Positions 1 to 12,149 of a stretch of 41,533 nt of DNA are shown piece after piece. Source of the stretch: Octopus bimaculoides (taxonomy: Eukaryota); NCBI RefSeq assembly GCF_001194135.2, contig NC_068999.1, positions 36,228,111 through 36,269,643 on the forward strand, given 5' to 3'. The notes beneath the pieces are model-generated. The model did not search any database. It had not been told where the DNA came from and saw only the letters and a program-made list of their open reading frames with translations. Made by a program: the position numbers and the translations under genes. The stretch's first letter is position 1; the number at the start of each line of letters is the position of its first letter.

Positions 1-46
<46 letters not shown>

Positions 47-54
47 GTGTGTGT
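1..54. repeat. (GT)n microsatellite
   Basis: Direct: near-perfect GT dinucleotide run at the window start. Confidence 0.97.
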
Positions 55-701
55 TGTGGGTATTGGTGTGTGCATGTGTGTTATAATATCAAGCTTTGTC
101 AAACATGCTATCGTTGGTCACTGAGAGAACCTATTCAAAGAAAGAGGCAGATTGACTTTCAACTAACGGCTGGTTTGTGAAGAGAATGAAGGAGGCTGGA
201 GAGACAAAAAGAAAGAAAGAAACGAATGAAGTAGAGAGGTGCCGAAGTAATGAAGAAAAGTATCAAGGAATGAAATAAGAGAAAGACAAAATTAAGAATG
301 ACGAAAGATAGAAATGAAGAATTATATTCACATTTTGTGTACATTTCGCTGTGTGATAAATCACATGGCATATAAACATGTCTTCTACCAGATGGCATCA
401 ATGGCAGAATGTCATTCTTTGAAATATTTACGAGGAATTTAGAATTATGGTAACAGAATGATGTATGGTCACGATAAGTCTTTGTTTGCCATACAAAGCA
501 AACATTTGATTGGCTAGTAACATGCATGGCTATTTGGTAAAGGTAGAGTCCATCAATTATAGATTCTTCAGTGACAACAACAAACATGTGTAGATGTAGT
601 GGAAGCCAAGCATAATGTTAGACGGTTATTGTCCATTGTTACTAAACTTACTGTAATTCAGTGGTCCTGTATTTAATGACAAATATACATATAAATACAT
701 A

Positions 702-738
<37 letters not shown>

Positions 739-900
739 GGGTGTTTGTGTGTGTGTGTGTGTGTGTGTGCATGTCCGTGTGTATGTGTNNNNNNNNNNNN
801 NNNNNNNNNNNNNNNNNNNNNNNNNNNNNNNNNNNNNNNNNNNNNNNNNNNNNNNNNNNNNNNGTGGGTGGGTGGTTGGATGTGTGTGTGTATAGAAAAG

Positions 901-1220
901 AGTAAAGATCCCTTCGGTCACGAATGAGCATCGGATTGCACCTAGAAAGTTCCCCTCCGAGGCAGAAGTCCGGGCATGGTTGTTTGTGGAAGACCAACAG
1001 CCGCATACCTGTGTCCCCTCCCCACGCCATCGATGTTGCCCGAGGCCCAAGGCCGATACAGCTTTGCACCAGTGACGTTACGACTCGTTTCTACGGTGTG
1101 AACTGGCGTAACATGAAATAAAGTGACTTGCTCAAGAACACAACGCTGCTCTCTCCAGGAATCGAACTCACAACCTCATGATTGTAAACCCAACCCAACG
1201 CTCTAAACACTGGCCATGCA
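901..1220 (-). mobile_element. tRNA-derived SINE, family C
   Basis: The minus strand reads A-box-like TGGCCAGTGTTT, B-box GTTCGATTCC (plus 1158-1167), then TTCTTGAGCAAGTCACTTTATTTC and a GC-rich body. Related heads occur at about 14885 and 26330. Confidence 0.8.
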
Positions 1221-1440
1221 CCTTCACAGACGCACATATGTATTCAAACTTATATACGTATGCATACACACAGAAACATAAATATATCCACACACGCATG
1301 TATGTGTGTCTGTGTGTGTGTGTGTGTGTCTTAGTGTGTTTATGTGAATCTGAGCGTAAGCGAGTATATGCCTTTGTATATATGTGTATATACATATGAC
1401 CGTATGATCGTCTGGAATTGTTGCGTGAGTATGTGCGCCT

Positions 1441-1485
<45 letters not shown>

Positions 1486-1921
1486 TGTCTGTTTTTACAA
1501 ACTGGCCAAAATGTCTTCAATTTAATTTCCTACTTCAGATTACGGTCATAGAATCTCCAACACATTGAATATTCTTCCATCACAGCCGACCATCCATCAT
1601 TAAGATTGTTGATATCAATCCCACTGTCTTTCGCTATGGAATTTTTCAGTCATTTTAACAAGTATGAGATAATTCATGTCGTCTTCAACACTCCTGTAAT
1701 ACCAGCTATAAAAGAAGTCTTTCAAACGTCAGATGTTAATTAAAGAATCATTACAGAACCAGCAGATTAACAAATAGTTTCAATAAATCATGCTGCTCAA
1801 TGTTTCATTAGCATTTACTAAAATCATCAATTAATTTTCCATTATGTTTTAGTTTTTGTGTTTGTGTTCGTTTTCTACAGAGAAAACAAATATTTAACGA
1901 GGTATCGTGGAAAAGCCGCTA

Positions 1922-2140
1922 TGTGGTCACTCGATCTGGCTGAAATAACAGCCAAGTCTCCTACATACCAGATTGTATCATATTAATTTTTTTTAAATAT
2001 GAATGAAAGTTCATAAGAGATATTGTAGTCTTAGATGTACATTTAAAACAAGGAGATGTTCACACAGAGACAGAATTGATCTTCTGTTGGTTCGATCATG
2101 TGTAGCCTGAGGTTAAATAAATATACCAGTAACAATAACA
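1922..2140 (+). mobile_element. Interspersed repeat family D (non-LTR-like, (CAA)-rich 3' end), degenerate copy
   Basis: Motifs GGTCACTCGATCTGGCTGAAATAACAGCC and GATCATGTGTAGCCTGAGGTTAAA...AACAATAACAAC recur in both orientations elsewhere (about 3572, 13085, 15945, 21170, 22872, 24810, 30560). Confidence 0.55.
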
Positions 2141-2221
2141 ACAGTGATTCTCTCTGGTTGCTCAACCCGCCAGCATCAGCAAGCCTCCCTCAATAAAACA
2201 CTGCCTTTGTAAGGAAGTGCA

Positions 2222-2390
2222 AAGCGTAGATGTGTGGTAAGAAGATTGCTTCCCAGTCACATGGTTCCGGGTTCACTGCCACTGCGTGGCACATTGAGCA
2301 CTTGTCTTCTACTATAGTCTCAGGCTGTCCAAAACCTTGTGAGTAGATTTGGTAGACGGAAACAGAACGAAGCCCGTTGTGTGTGTGTGT

Positions 2391-2472
<82 letters not shown>

Positions 2473-2710
2473 CTATAAATGTGTCTTTGTGCAATGTCTT
2501 TGTGCATTTGTTTATTCGCAACCACCGCTTGACAACGGGTGTTGGCGAGTTACTCCCTCTTAACTTAGCGGTTCGGCAAGAGAACCGATAGAATACGTAC
2601 TAGGATTTACAAAAAAATAAGTACAGGAGTCGATTCGTTCGACTAAAGTTTTTCGAGGCGGTGCCCCAACATAGCTGCAGTCTAATGACTGAAACAAGTA
2701 AAAGATAAAA
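2222..2710 (+). mobile_element. tRNA-derived SINE, family A, full length with internal (GT)n
   Basis: Head TGTGTGGTAAG...GGTTCCGGGTTCACTGCC (A/B-box-like), body TTTGGTAGACGGAAAC...GAAGCCCG, (GT)n at 2378-2470, 3' half ending GACTGAAACAAGTAAAAG. About 9 related copies lie in the window. Confidence 0.88.
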
Positions 2711-3064
2711 TATATAAATGACACGTTTATCCTTGATATACCCTTGGTATAGAAAAGAACCTGGTTGGTCATGCCTGAAACGCCGTTTATCATAGCTCTG
2801 CTCGGTTACTGTGGCTAAACAATCACTGTTTTCTGATATAAAGGCACATATGTAATTATACACACGCACACGCTCACATAATCTTATTCTTCTTCACACA
2901 CATAGAGATTCGATCACCCATACACAGATATAAACTCACACACATCATCCTCATATTCAAACATGCGTTTCCGCGCACACACTTTATCCAGGTTATTGTT
3001 ATCTCTCCTTCCATTCAACCACAACCTTCCAGTTAATTCGACATATGAAATCGTTAATACAGAC

Positions 3065-3250
3065 ACATTGTTTCCTCTTCCCGGGTTTTTTTTTTATTCC
3101 GTCCGTCGTTTTCGTTTCTCAATACTTTCTGTCAAAGAGCGTACGCTCTGAACGTCAGAGTCCTTTCTATATTTCCTGGCAGTCAAATTATTAGTTTGTT
3201 CTTCCTTCACCTATCTCGGTCTTCTGCTTTTTGTGTTTTGTACATTTGAA
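3065..3250 (+). mobile_element. Penelope-like element terminal (pLTR) fragment with degenerate hammerhead-like motif
   Basis: CTTTCTGTCAAAGAGCGTACGCTCTGAACGTC plus its downstream flank resembles the minus-strand copy at 22540-22625. The pLTR identity is recalled, not searched. Confidence 0.5.
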
Positions 3251-3251
3251 C

Positions 3252-3289
<38 letters not shown>

Positions 3290-3393
3290 TATGTACATAC
3301 ACATATGCCCTTACTGAAACAGTTTTATGTAAATACATACACATGTAGTCCACTCCACCTACACGCGCCCACACACACTCACTTACACATACC

Positions 3394-3397
<4 letters not shown>

Positions 3398-3478
<81 letters not shown>
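3398..3478. repeat. (CT)n microsatellite
   Basis: Direct: about 40 CT units. Confidence 0.97.
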
Positions 3479-3481
<3 letters not shown>

Positions 3482-3571
3482 CACACACACACACATACAT
3501 ATATGTACATGTGTATGCAAGCAGTCAGACATAAATGAGATACATTTGTTTTATACTGATGTAAGTCTTTC

Positions 3572-3745
3572 GTTCCAGATCAACCCTGGTCCAGAAGGTA
3601 TTACAATTGTGATCCACCAGTCTTTTTAGACAAAATATATCTATGTCTACACTAACAAATGTGACCTCTTTTTAAGGCAGCAAGATGTGTGATTAAAGGG
3701 ATACCATACTGTTATTTCTGTCATGAAGGTCTCCCTATTCGTTTC
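3572..3745 (-). mobile_element. Family D repeat, degenerate
   Basis: Reverse-complement similarity to 1922-2140. Confidence 0.45.
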
Positions 3746-4605
3746 GTACATTTTTGTCTATTATAATACACCAATTTATTATAACATTTACTAAACTGAT
3801 TTTTACCTTAACTAGCTGAATCGTACATACACTTATCAGTCCTTCCTTAGCAGACTTATAGATCTATTTGTGGCGGTTATGGCTAGCATAACATGTTTCA
3901 ACGCCAATATATATACTTGTTTATATATTTTCATTGATAGTTATTTGTTAAGCTCTTCAAGTAGCGATGACGCTAGTCTTCTACTGAGGATACCCAATGA
4001 AACGTTAAACCTTCACAGACTTATCGACCGAACTTGCCAGAGGAATTAAAAAGAAACATTAATCGTCAACAATTATTTCTATTTTCTCACTCACAACGTG
4101 ATCCAAATTTAGATTATCCAAAGTTGCATTAAATATTCTTTCCTCCACTGTCTGTCAGAAAATTCTCTTCAATTTCTACATCCTTTGATTTATAAACCAA
4201 CGACTATCTCTCTGTAGGGAATCTAAAATCTAACATGAACCAGCTGAGCAGCGCGATACCTTGTACGCTCGAACGATTCAGTACAGAATATACACGTGTA
4301 TCATCAAACTGGAAGCATGACCCAAATGTTTTGGCCTCCGCTAAAGACATCATGACTATAGATAAGTTTTTAAAGGGAGCGATAGTTGACACAATATTAC
4401 AGAGAGTCCCACACATGGAATTCCTTCTGCTAAGCTTTACTGACAGAGTTTTCGTTCATTTGAGGTTGTGTCAGAAGATACTTGCACAATGGATTAGAAG
4501 ATCTTGCTACGTAGTTGGAGAGGGATCATCTTAATCGTTCATGGCCAGAAACTTTCAGTTTCTACCACTCTTCCTCGGAACTGTGAGATAAACATTTTCT
4601 AATAC

Positions 4606-4940
4606 ATTTTACTTGCTTCAGTCATTAGACTGCTGTTATGCTGAAGCCCTGCCACGAGGAATTTAATCGACCTCAATATTTTAGGTTTTTTGAAGTCTGG
4701 CACATATTATGTCGGTCATTTTTGCTCGAACAGCTGTATTTCGAGTACGTGAACAAACCGATACCGATTGTCAAGCATTGGTAGGGAAAAACACAAACAG
4801 ACATAACATATACACTCCCAAGCACACACACATACACACACACGAAAACTGTTGCCCGAAGTGCTCTGCAGTGGGGACTGAACCCGAAACCATATGGTTT
4901 CAAAGCGAGTTTCTTAGCCATAACACCATGCTTGCACCCA
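4606..4940 (-). mobile_element. SINE family A with internal deletion
   Basis: TTTTACTTGCTTCAGTCATTAGACTGC is the reverse complement of the family A 3' end. GTGGGGACTGAACCCGAAACCATATGG is the reverse complement of the head. Confidence 0.78.
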
Positions 4941-5734
4941 TAAATATTTTTTTTAATTTCTAGCTTGCCAGGATCTCTTAATATTGACATTACTGTTAGT
5001 TATTTTTCCAGCATATTATGGATGCGTTGTTAGTATCTCACTCTGTGTAACACGTTTAAAGGTATCGACTATTTTGGACTTCCATAACAATATCTGAAGG
5101 TTCCTAGTTTTCTAAAGGAAAGATACAACGGTGGTTTTCCGTTGCTTTCTGTTGCTTCCGTTTTATTTACCCTTCACTCTTGCTAATCACTTTCAAATCG
5201 GTTAACTACTCTAAGCGACATCAGGGCATGATCCCATTGCATTTGGCCTATGTTACACATGTCTAAGGGCAAGTAGTCCACCCCAGTTCTCTCATCTTTT
5301 GCTATTTGACTCATAGCTGGAGCTCTTGACAAGTACTAGCATCGGAAGAGGGAGTAGAGGTACCGAGTTTAGTTCCATTACCTGGCCCTTAGGTCTCTTA
5401 AGTTGAATTCACTGTTGGAAGCATTTGAACCATATCTCCATATCTCTGTTTAAACCATATCTTCCTCTCCTTTTCCTGCCATTGATGGAGGACGTGCGGT
5501 AAACATTCATGGGGGCGACCCCTCCTAATCTAACTGAACTATTAAATATAAAGAATAGATAAATGTGAATGTGTCTCAAAGCCGGCTTATTGCATGAGCA
5601 TATATGATAGCTGTTTTGTACTACTGTAATTTTAAGGACCATGAGATTTATTTTCAGAACTAAAAAAAAAGGGTCGTATTTTTCGTGATGTAGTGAGTTT
5701 ACGCGACATCGCGTGTCCTGAAAACATAACACTT

Positions 5735-5735
<1 letters not shown>

Positions 5736-5767
<32 letters not shown>

Positions 5768-5777
5768 CCAACAACAA

Positions 5778-5824
<47 letters not shown>

Positions 5825-5849
5825 GCAGCAGCAGCAACGGCAACAACAA
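5736..5849. repeat. Compound (CAA)n(CAG)n(CAA)n trinucleotide repeat
   Basis: Direct: 38 triplets with register-preserving interruptions (CAC, AAG, CGG). Confidence 0.95.
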
Positions 5850-6319
5850 CATCGAAATTCTAACGTTTGTGCCTTCGGAAATGCTGTTTAGCTGACAGAG
5901 AACCAGTAATCCTCTTGTGTTTTATCGTTTAGCTTAATATTTGAGAATGTGAATAATTAAGCCTTAGTATACACTTTATCGAATAATGCTTGAGGAAAGC
6001 CTCCATTTCTCGTGATATAATGACATAATATTCGTGAACTAAGAGTAATATTGAACGGTCGATGGTTTCAGAACATTCTAGAAACTATCTATAAATAACC
6101 AATATAACTCCGTAAACAATTATTAAATTGACTTTGCAATTATATATACGGAATTGTGTTTCCGCTTTAGAACTGTTCTCTGTTAGATAATCCCAGAGGA
6201 TGTTAAAAACACGAAGGAAATGAATTATTTAATAATAAATATATGGGTCTATGTGGACGAGTTTATTTCTATGTTTTAAGATGATGCAGAACATCACAAA
6301 CGTTGTCAGCTTTATTTAA

Positions 6320-7360
6320 CCACGACAAGTCATCGTAACCGTCACCGCAGCAGCACCAATTACACCAGTCATCACAACAAACAACAATATACGTTTCTCT
6401 CTAACCTACCATTACTACCGGAACAACTACCACCACTAACACCACCACAAGTATTACCTCAACCATGCTCCTCCTTTTCAGCATCGTCATCATAATCATC
6501 ATTAATTTCATCATCATTCTATCCACCACCAAGATTGACCAGGGTTAAACTTGCAATCTGCATTACAGACACCAGCGGATGAATATTACTAACACCACTA
6601 CAACGAACGCAGTCACCAACACTACCACCACCACTACTATTATTGCTACCACCACCACTGCCGTTATCACCACTACACCACCATTACTACATATTTTCAC
6701 TATTACTATAATCCTCCTGTTCAGCATCGTCATCATAATCTTCATCAGCATCATCAGCATCCCATTCACCACTGAAATCAACCGGGGGTTAAACTATAAT
6801 CAGCACAACAGACACCAGACAAAACACACTACTAGCACCACTACCACTACCACCAGTGTCACTACCAAGACCCCTACCAATATTATACCGAGTACAACCA
6901 CTAACATCACCACCACCACCTCTACTTTTTCCTCAACTGCACCCGCTACCGTTACCGCTAGCATTACTGCAGCTAACAATAACAGGACAACCAGCCTTGC
7001 AACTATCAAAACCACAAACCATAGCCATAAACACTTCGAGCATCGCCCAAACAAAACCACAAACCAACAATACAACTACTACTACCACCATTACCACTAC
7101 CAGCACCAACAATACCGTGACCCTTACAACTATCACAGCCACAACATTGTCACTACCAATACAAGTACTTCTACTAACACTACTATTTCTACTAACACTA
7201 CTATTTCTACTACCACTCACCACATCTACCACCCTCATTGCAATCACCAAAACCAAAACTATCACAAACATTATTACTACTACTACCATTACCACCACCA
7301 CTGCTACTACCATCACTAAGACCAAACCACCATCAACACCATTCTTGCATCCACTATTAT
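6320..7360. repeat. Degenerate ACC/ACT/ATC/AAC low-complexity tract with an internal ~243-bp duplication
   Basis: TTCAGCATCGTCATCATAATC occurs at 6477 and 6720. ACAGACACCAG occurs at 6565 and 6808. The Thr-rich ORFs drift between frames. Confidence 0.85.
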
Positions 7361-7724
7361 AAAGTATGTATTATTCCGTTCTATTCATTTTCGTTAATTA
7401 ATAAAAACCAATTAATGTCTTTCCTGGATGGAAGTAACTTTATAATGAATAACCAATATTTTTATATATATATTGTTGCATCTTAATATAATTAAATATT
7501 TTTACCATATACACGCACATCTCTGTTTACTCTCAGCGGTTTATTGCATTTATATACACCCTCATCATGTATACACATCGGTATTTACACACACATACAC
7601 ACACACACACACACACACATACACATATATATATAGAGAGAGGGGGGTACCATGTTCAACTGAAAGACTTTATGTGGGAGAATGTAAGTGTGCGCATGCA
7701 CTATACAAACATAGTTATATATAC

Positions 7725-7766
<42 letters not shown>

Positions 7767-7814
7767 CTATGTTTGCATGGATGTATAAATTATATATGTC
7801 TATAAATTATATAT

Positions 7815-7948
7815 GTTAGTTTCCATCAACCAAATCCGCTTACAAGGCTTTGGTCAACCTGAGATTATAGAAGACAGTGGGACTGTATCCGAACCGCGTG
7901 GTTGGGAAGCAAGCTGCTTTCTTACCACACAGCTACGACTGCGCCTAT
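7815..7948 (-). mobile_element. SINE family A, 5' half
   Basis: AGTTTCCATCAACCAAATCC...GGTTGGGAAGCAAGC...TTCTTACCACACAGC is the reverse complement of the family A head. Confidence 0.8.
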
Positions 7949-7971
7949 ATATATGTATAGATATATATATA

Positions 7972-8004
<33 letters not shown>

Positions 8005-8009
8005 TATAT

Positions 8010-8965
8010 NNNNNNNNNNNNNNNNNNNNNNNNNNNNNNNNNNNNNNNNNNNNNNNNNNNNNNNNNNNNNNNNNNNNNNNNNNNNNNNNNNNNNNNNNNN
8101 NNNNNNNNNNNNNNNNNNNNNNNNNNNNNNNNNNNNNNNNNNNNNNNNNNNNNNNNNNNNNNNNNNNNNNNNNNNNNNNNNNNNNNNNNNNNNNNNNNNN
8201 NNNNNNNNNNNNNNNNNNNNNNNNNNNNNNNNNNNNNNNNNNNNNNNNNNNNNNNNNNNNNNNNNNNNNNNNNNNNNNNNNNNNNNNNNNNNNNNNNNNN
8301 NNNNNNNNNNNNNNNNNNNNNNNNNNNNNNNNNNNNNNNNNNNNNNNNNNNNNNNNNNNNNNNNNNNNNNNNNNNNNNNNNNNNNNNNNNNNNNNNNNNN
8401 NNNNNNNNNNNNNNNNNNNNNNNNNNNNNNNNNNNNNNNNNNNNNNNNNNNNNNNNNNNNNNNNNNNNNNNNNNNNNNNNNNNNNNNNNNNNNNNNNNNN
8501 NNNNNNNNNNNNNNNNNNNNNNNNNNNNNNNNNNNNNNNNNNNNNNNNNNNNNNNNNNNNNNNNNNNNNNNNNNNNNNNNNNNNNNNNNNNNNNNNNNNN
8601 NNNNNNNNNNNNNNNNNNNNNNNNNNNNNNNNNNNNNNNNNNNNNNNNNNNNNNNNNNNNNNNNNNNNNNNNNNNNNNNNNNNNNNNNNNNNNNNNNNNN
8701 NNNNNNNNNNNNNNNNNNNNNNNNNNNNNNNNNNNNNNNNNNNNNNNNNNNNNNNNNNNNNNNNNNNNNNNNNNNNNNNNNNNNNNNNNNNNNNNNNNNN
8801 NNNNNNNNNNNNNNNNNNNNNNNNNNNNNNNNNNNNNNNNNNNNNNNNNNNNNNNNNNNNNNNNNNNNNNNNNNNNNNNNNNNNNNNNNNNNNNNNNNNN
8901 NNNNNNNNNNNNNNNNNNNNNNNNNNNNNNNNNNNNNNNNNNNNNNNNNNNNNNNNNNNNNNNNN
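8010..8965. other. Assembly gap (largest of ten: 789-863, 8010-8965, 11875-12136, 17206-17509, 24274-24283, 27102-27111, 31701-32089, 32930-33618, 34247-34825, 38486-38824)
   Basis: Direct: N runs. Exons could be hidden in them. Confidence 0.99.
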
Positions 8966-9167
8966 GAAAAATAAAAAAAAAACATTTACCATCTAGTTTC
9001 CTGGACCAATGATTTCTGATTTTAGCAAATAAAATAATCTGCTAGGTGAAATCTTCATCAGCAGGTACACCAAGAAATGTTATTCCTAATAGTAGTTTGG
9101 AATTTATCTGTTCTTTCTAGCGTAATGGAATCCTAAGATGGATACCTCATAGGAGTTTAAATGTACA

Positions 9168-9209
<42 letters not shown>

Positions 9210-9493
9210 TAAAAATTTGGCAGCCAGAAAAAATGTGACGAAGAATGTCGGATGGATGGATATTATAATTCAAACACCAATATTGTCCCCCTGCAACCCG
9301 TCGATTCTATATCAGAATTATCTTAATGACATACATGTTCAATGCTCACCCATTCATATTATCATTCAAAGATTGAGCAGCTACTTAACAGAAAAAAATT
9401 GTATACACATCGTCGAAACCGACGGAAGACACACGTATTTTGTTTGTGAAACAGAGGTGCACACCCACACACACATATATGTACGTTTGTGCG

Positions 9494-9527
<34 letters not shown>

Positions 9528-9877
9528 ACGTATGTATGTATGTATGACATATACGTACAGAAACACATACAATCCTCCGTTTTAATACTAAACAAAATAT
9601 ATTGAAGATATTGATATACAGCCAAAAACCATCAATCAAATCAAATATCGAGCATTCATTCGATGAAGCCTACCCACAGCTTCGTAAAGGCGGGATCTTA
9701 TTTGATAAATCTTGTGTCCGATAAAGAATATATGAACATGTAGTAAAAAGGACGAAGGAATTAAATAAATACGCAAGTGAACAAACTGGAGTATTGGATG
9801 GAGAAACGCAGGAGAGAAAGAGAAGGGAGGGGAGAGGGGAAACTGAAGAATAGGGAGACTAAAAGTATGTGGGGCTG

Positions 9878-9991
9878 GAAGAAGAAGAAGAAGAAGAAGA
9901 AGAAGAAGAAGAAGAAGAAGAAGAAGAAGAAGAAGAAGAAGAAGAAGAAGAAGAAGAAGAAGAAGAAGAAGAAGAAGAAGAAGAAGAAGAA
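9878..9991. repeat. (GAA)38 perfect trinucleotide repeat
   Basis: Direct: pure GAA run followed by GAG(CAG)3. Confidence 0.96.
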
Positions 9992-11825
9992 GAGCAGCAG
10001 CAGATGCAAGATGGACATAGGCAGATTAAAATAAATCGAGAAAAAACATATGGAAAGGAAAGAACATGAAAAACAATAATAATAAATAGACTGGAGAGGG
10101 AAACTTCAAAAAGAACGTCGATCGGTTCTAAAAATGCGTTTCAAATAAAGTATAATGAATAGGATGTATATAAACATAAATCCACATGTGTATATACACA
10201 CACACATACAAACAGAAATACAATAATATATACACATAGCCACTCATCTCACACATATATACACACCTCATATGCACACATACATAGACACTCAGACACA
10301 TATATAATAACTCACGAATACTTATGCTCAGACACTGAAGTACATAGATACAAATATAAATGCTGAGTACACCGTATCATTGGATATTCACACAAACCTA
10401 GATGTAAATAGCCACTGCAAAATCTATATACTTAAAGTATACATATAAATACATATATACCAGATAACACACAGATATTTAGTGCTTAAGGTTCTCCACT
10501 TGGCGAAGAAATATTTGCTTACAGCCTTTCGATGTAATGGAAGATGGAAAAACTACGGAGTCTTGTATATAGCACATATCAAAAGTTATCTGAAATAAAT
10601 TTATTGGAAATATATATTAAATGAAATCTAGAACTAAAGTGGAGAATTACTACATCGTGACCAAAGTGATATAATGAAAACCACCGACACAAAATTTTAA
10701 GGAACTGTATACGAAAAACAACCCCAGGAGTAAGTAGAAAGGTTTGAAAGATTTGTAGAATTCTGGACAAAAAAAGAGAAATGACAAATTCGTTTGCAAG
10801 ACTACATAATGTGTGTTTTATATTTGTATTTTAAAAGATAGTAACAAATCTTTTAGCATAATAATCGGTTGAAATCTTTGTATCGCTAGCACCTTGAGCA
10901 TTCAAAATATTCCATTACACTCCATTTCACAGCAGCAGTCCGAAAAAAGTTCAAAGTATATAGTCTATCAGACGCTAAAAGATTAGAAACCCAAAATCTT
11001 AATGAAGCTCTACAAAAAAGTAATAGTTCCGTTTCCTGATACAAAAGAAGTTTATTACAAAAAAATATATAAATAAAAGAAGAATGAAGAATTTCCTGTT
11101 CAAAACACAGCGGTCAAGCAGATAAAGTCCCGTAAGAGCTGTGTTTAATTATATTAATCATATGTTCTAAAATAGACAAGAGTATCTTAAAGCTATCTAC
11201 CGAATTGCTTCATGATTCCTTCAAAAGTCGTATTCCTCAAAATCTAAACATATTTAGACGTACTTGTGGAGATCCTTTCTGCCGGATACTTAAAGAGAAA
11301 TCTGCATGCACGTACATTTGTAAATCAAATTTATTTTCCATCAGTATATAATATATTTCATTATGTCATTCACAGTGAAAATGTGAAATTGGAGTTAATC
11401 GAATAGATAGATAGATAGATAGATATTAGAAAACTCCACTATCAAAAGGTAGTGAAATGTACTCATGGTCCTTAAGCTGTTAGTATGCAATAGCAATCCA
11501 GTTAAATTGTCCGGGCGAACTGCCAGGTGGTATGGGCGGCTACGAATATGCAGCGTGAAGCAGTAGACCAGACACTTTGATATACTTGACATATTATTGT
11601 TAAGAGGGTTGTGGCATATAATGAATGTAAAGCTGGGTTTGGAAGGGCGTAATTAGGAGATAAAATGTTTTAGGGACAGACAGAAAGAGATGTACCTTAA
11701 AAGCTCAACTGGCATCGACTGATATCGGTTGTTAGTCGTTTCATGTATGTTTACATGTATGCAAATATGTGCGTGTGCTTTTGCACATGTGCCTGAGTGG
11801 TTACGTACACACACACACACACACG

Positions 11826-11874
<49 letters not shown>

Positions 11875-12149
11875 NNNNNNNNNNNNNNNNNNNNNNNNNN
11901 NNNNNNNNNNNNNNNNNNNNNNNNNNNNNNNNNNNNNNNNNNNNNNNNNNNNNNNNNNNNNNNNNNNNNNNNNNNNNNNNNNNNNNNNNNNNNNNNNNNN
12001 NNNNNNNNNNNNNNNNNNNNNNNNNNNNNNNNNNNNNNNNNNNNNNNNNNNNNNNNNNNNNNNNNNNNNNNNNNNNNNNNNNNNNNNNNNNNNNNNNNNN
12101 NNNNNNNNNNNNNNNNNNNNNNNNNNNNNNNNNNNNATATATATACAAA

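Noticed and set aside
159-587. 142-aa minus-strand ORF containing LMPSGRRH, reminiscent of L2/Rex1 C-terminal LPSGRRY; on the plus strand SFFEIFTRNLELW is reminiscent of GNL1/LSG1
   Set aside because: Matches are only a few residues, surrounding motifs are absent, and the C-terminal third is low-complexity.
6579-7362. Mucin-like Thr-rich ORFs of 246 aa and 168 aa
   Set aside because: The Thr register shifts between frames, there is no signal peptide or splice support, and stop-free frames are expected in ACN-rich DNA.
9217-9585. 122-aa ORF, and a CDEEC..DGYY...PCNP Cys pattern resembling a laminin/furin-like repeat
   Set aside because: The Cys pattern needs a frameshift and the ORF ends in microsatellite; no splice support for that frame.
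9761-10069. Poly-E, poly-K and poly-F ORFs
   Set aside because: Direct translations of the (GAA)n repeat.
10500-11700. Non-repetitive stretches that might be old TE coding relics (including RWYG near 11525)
   Set aside because: Many stops and no ordered motif set; cannot be assigned without a search.
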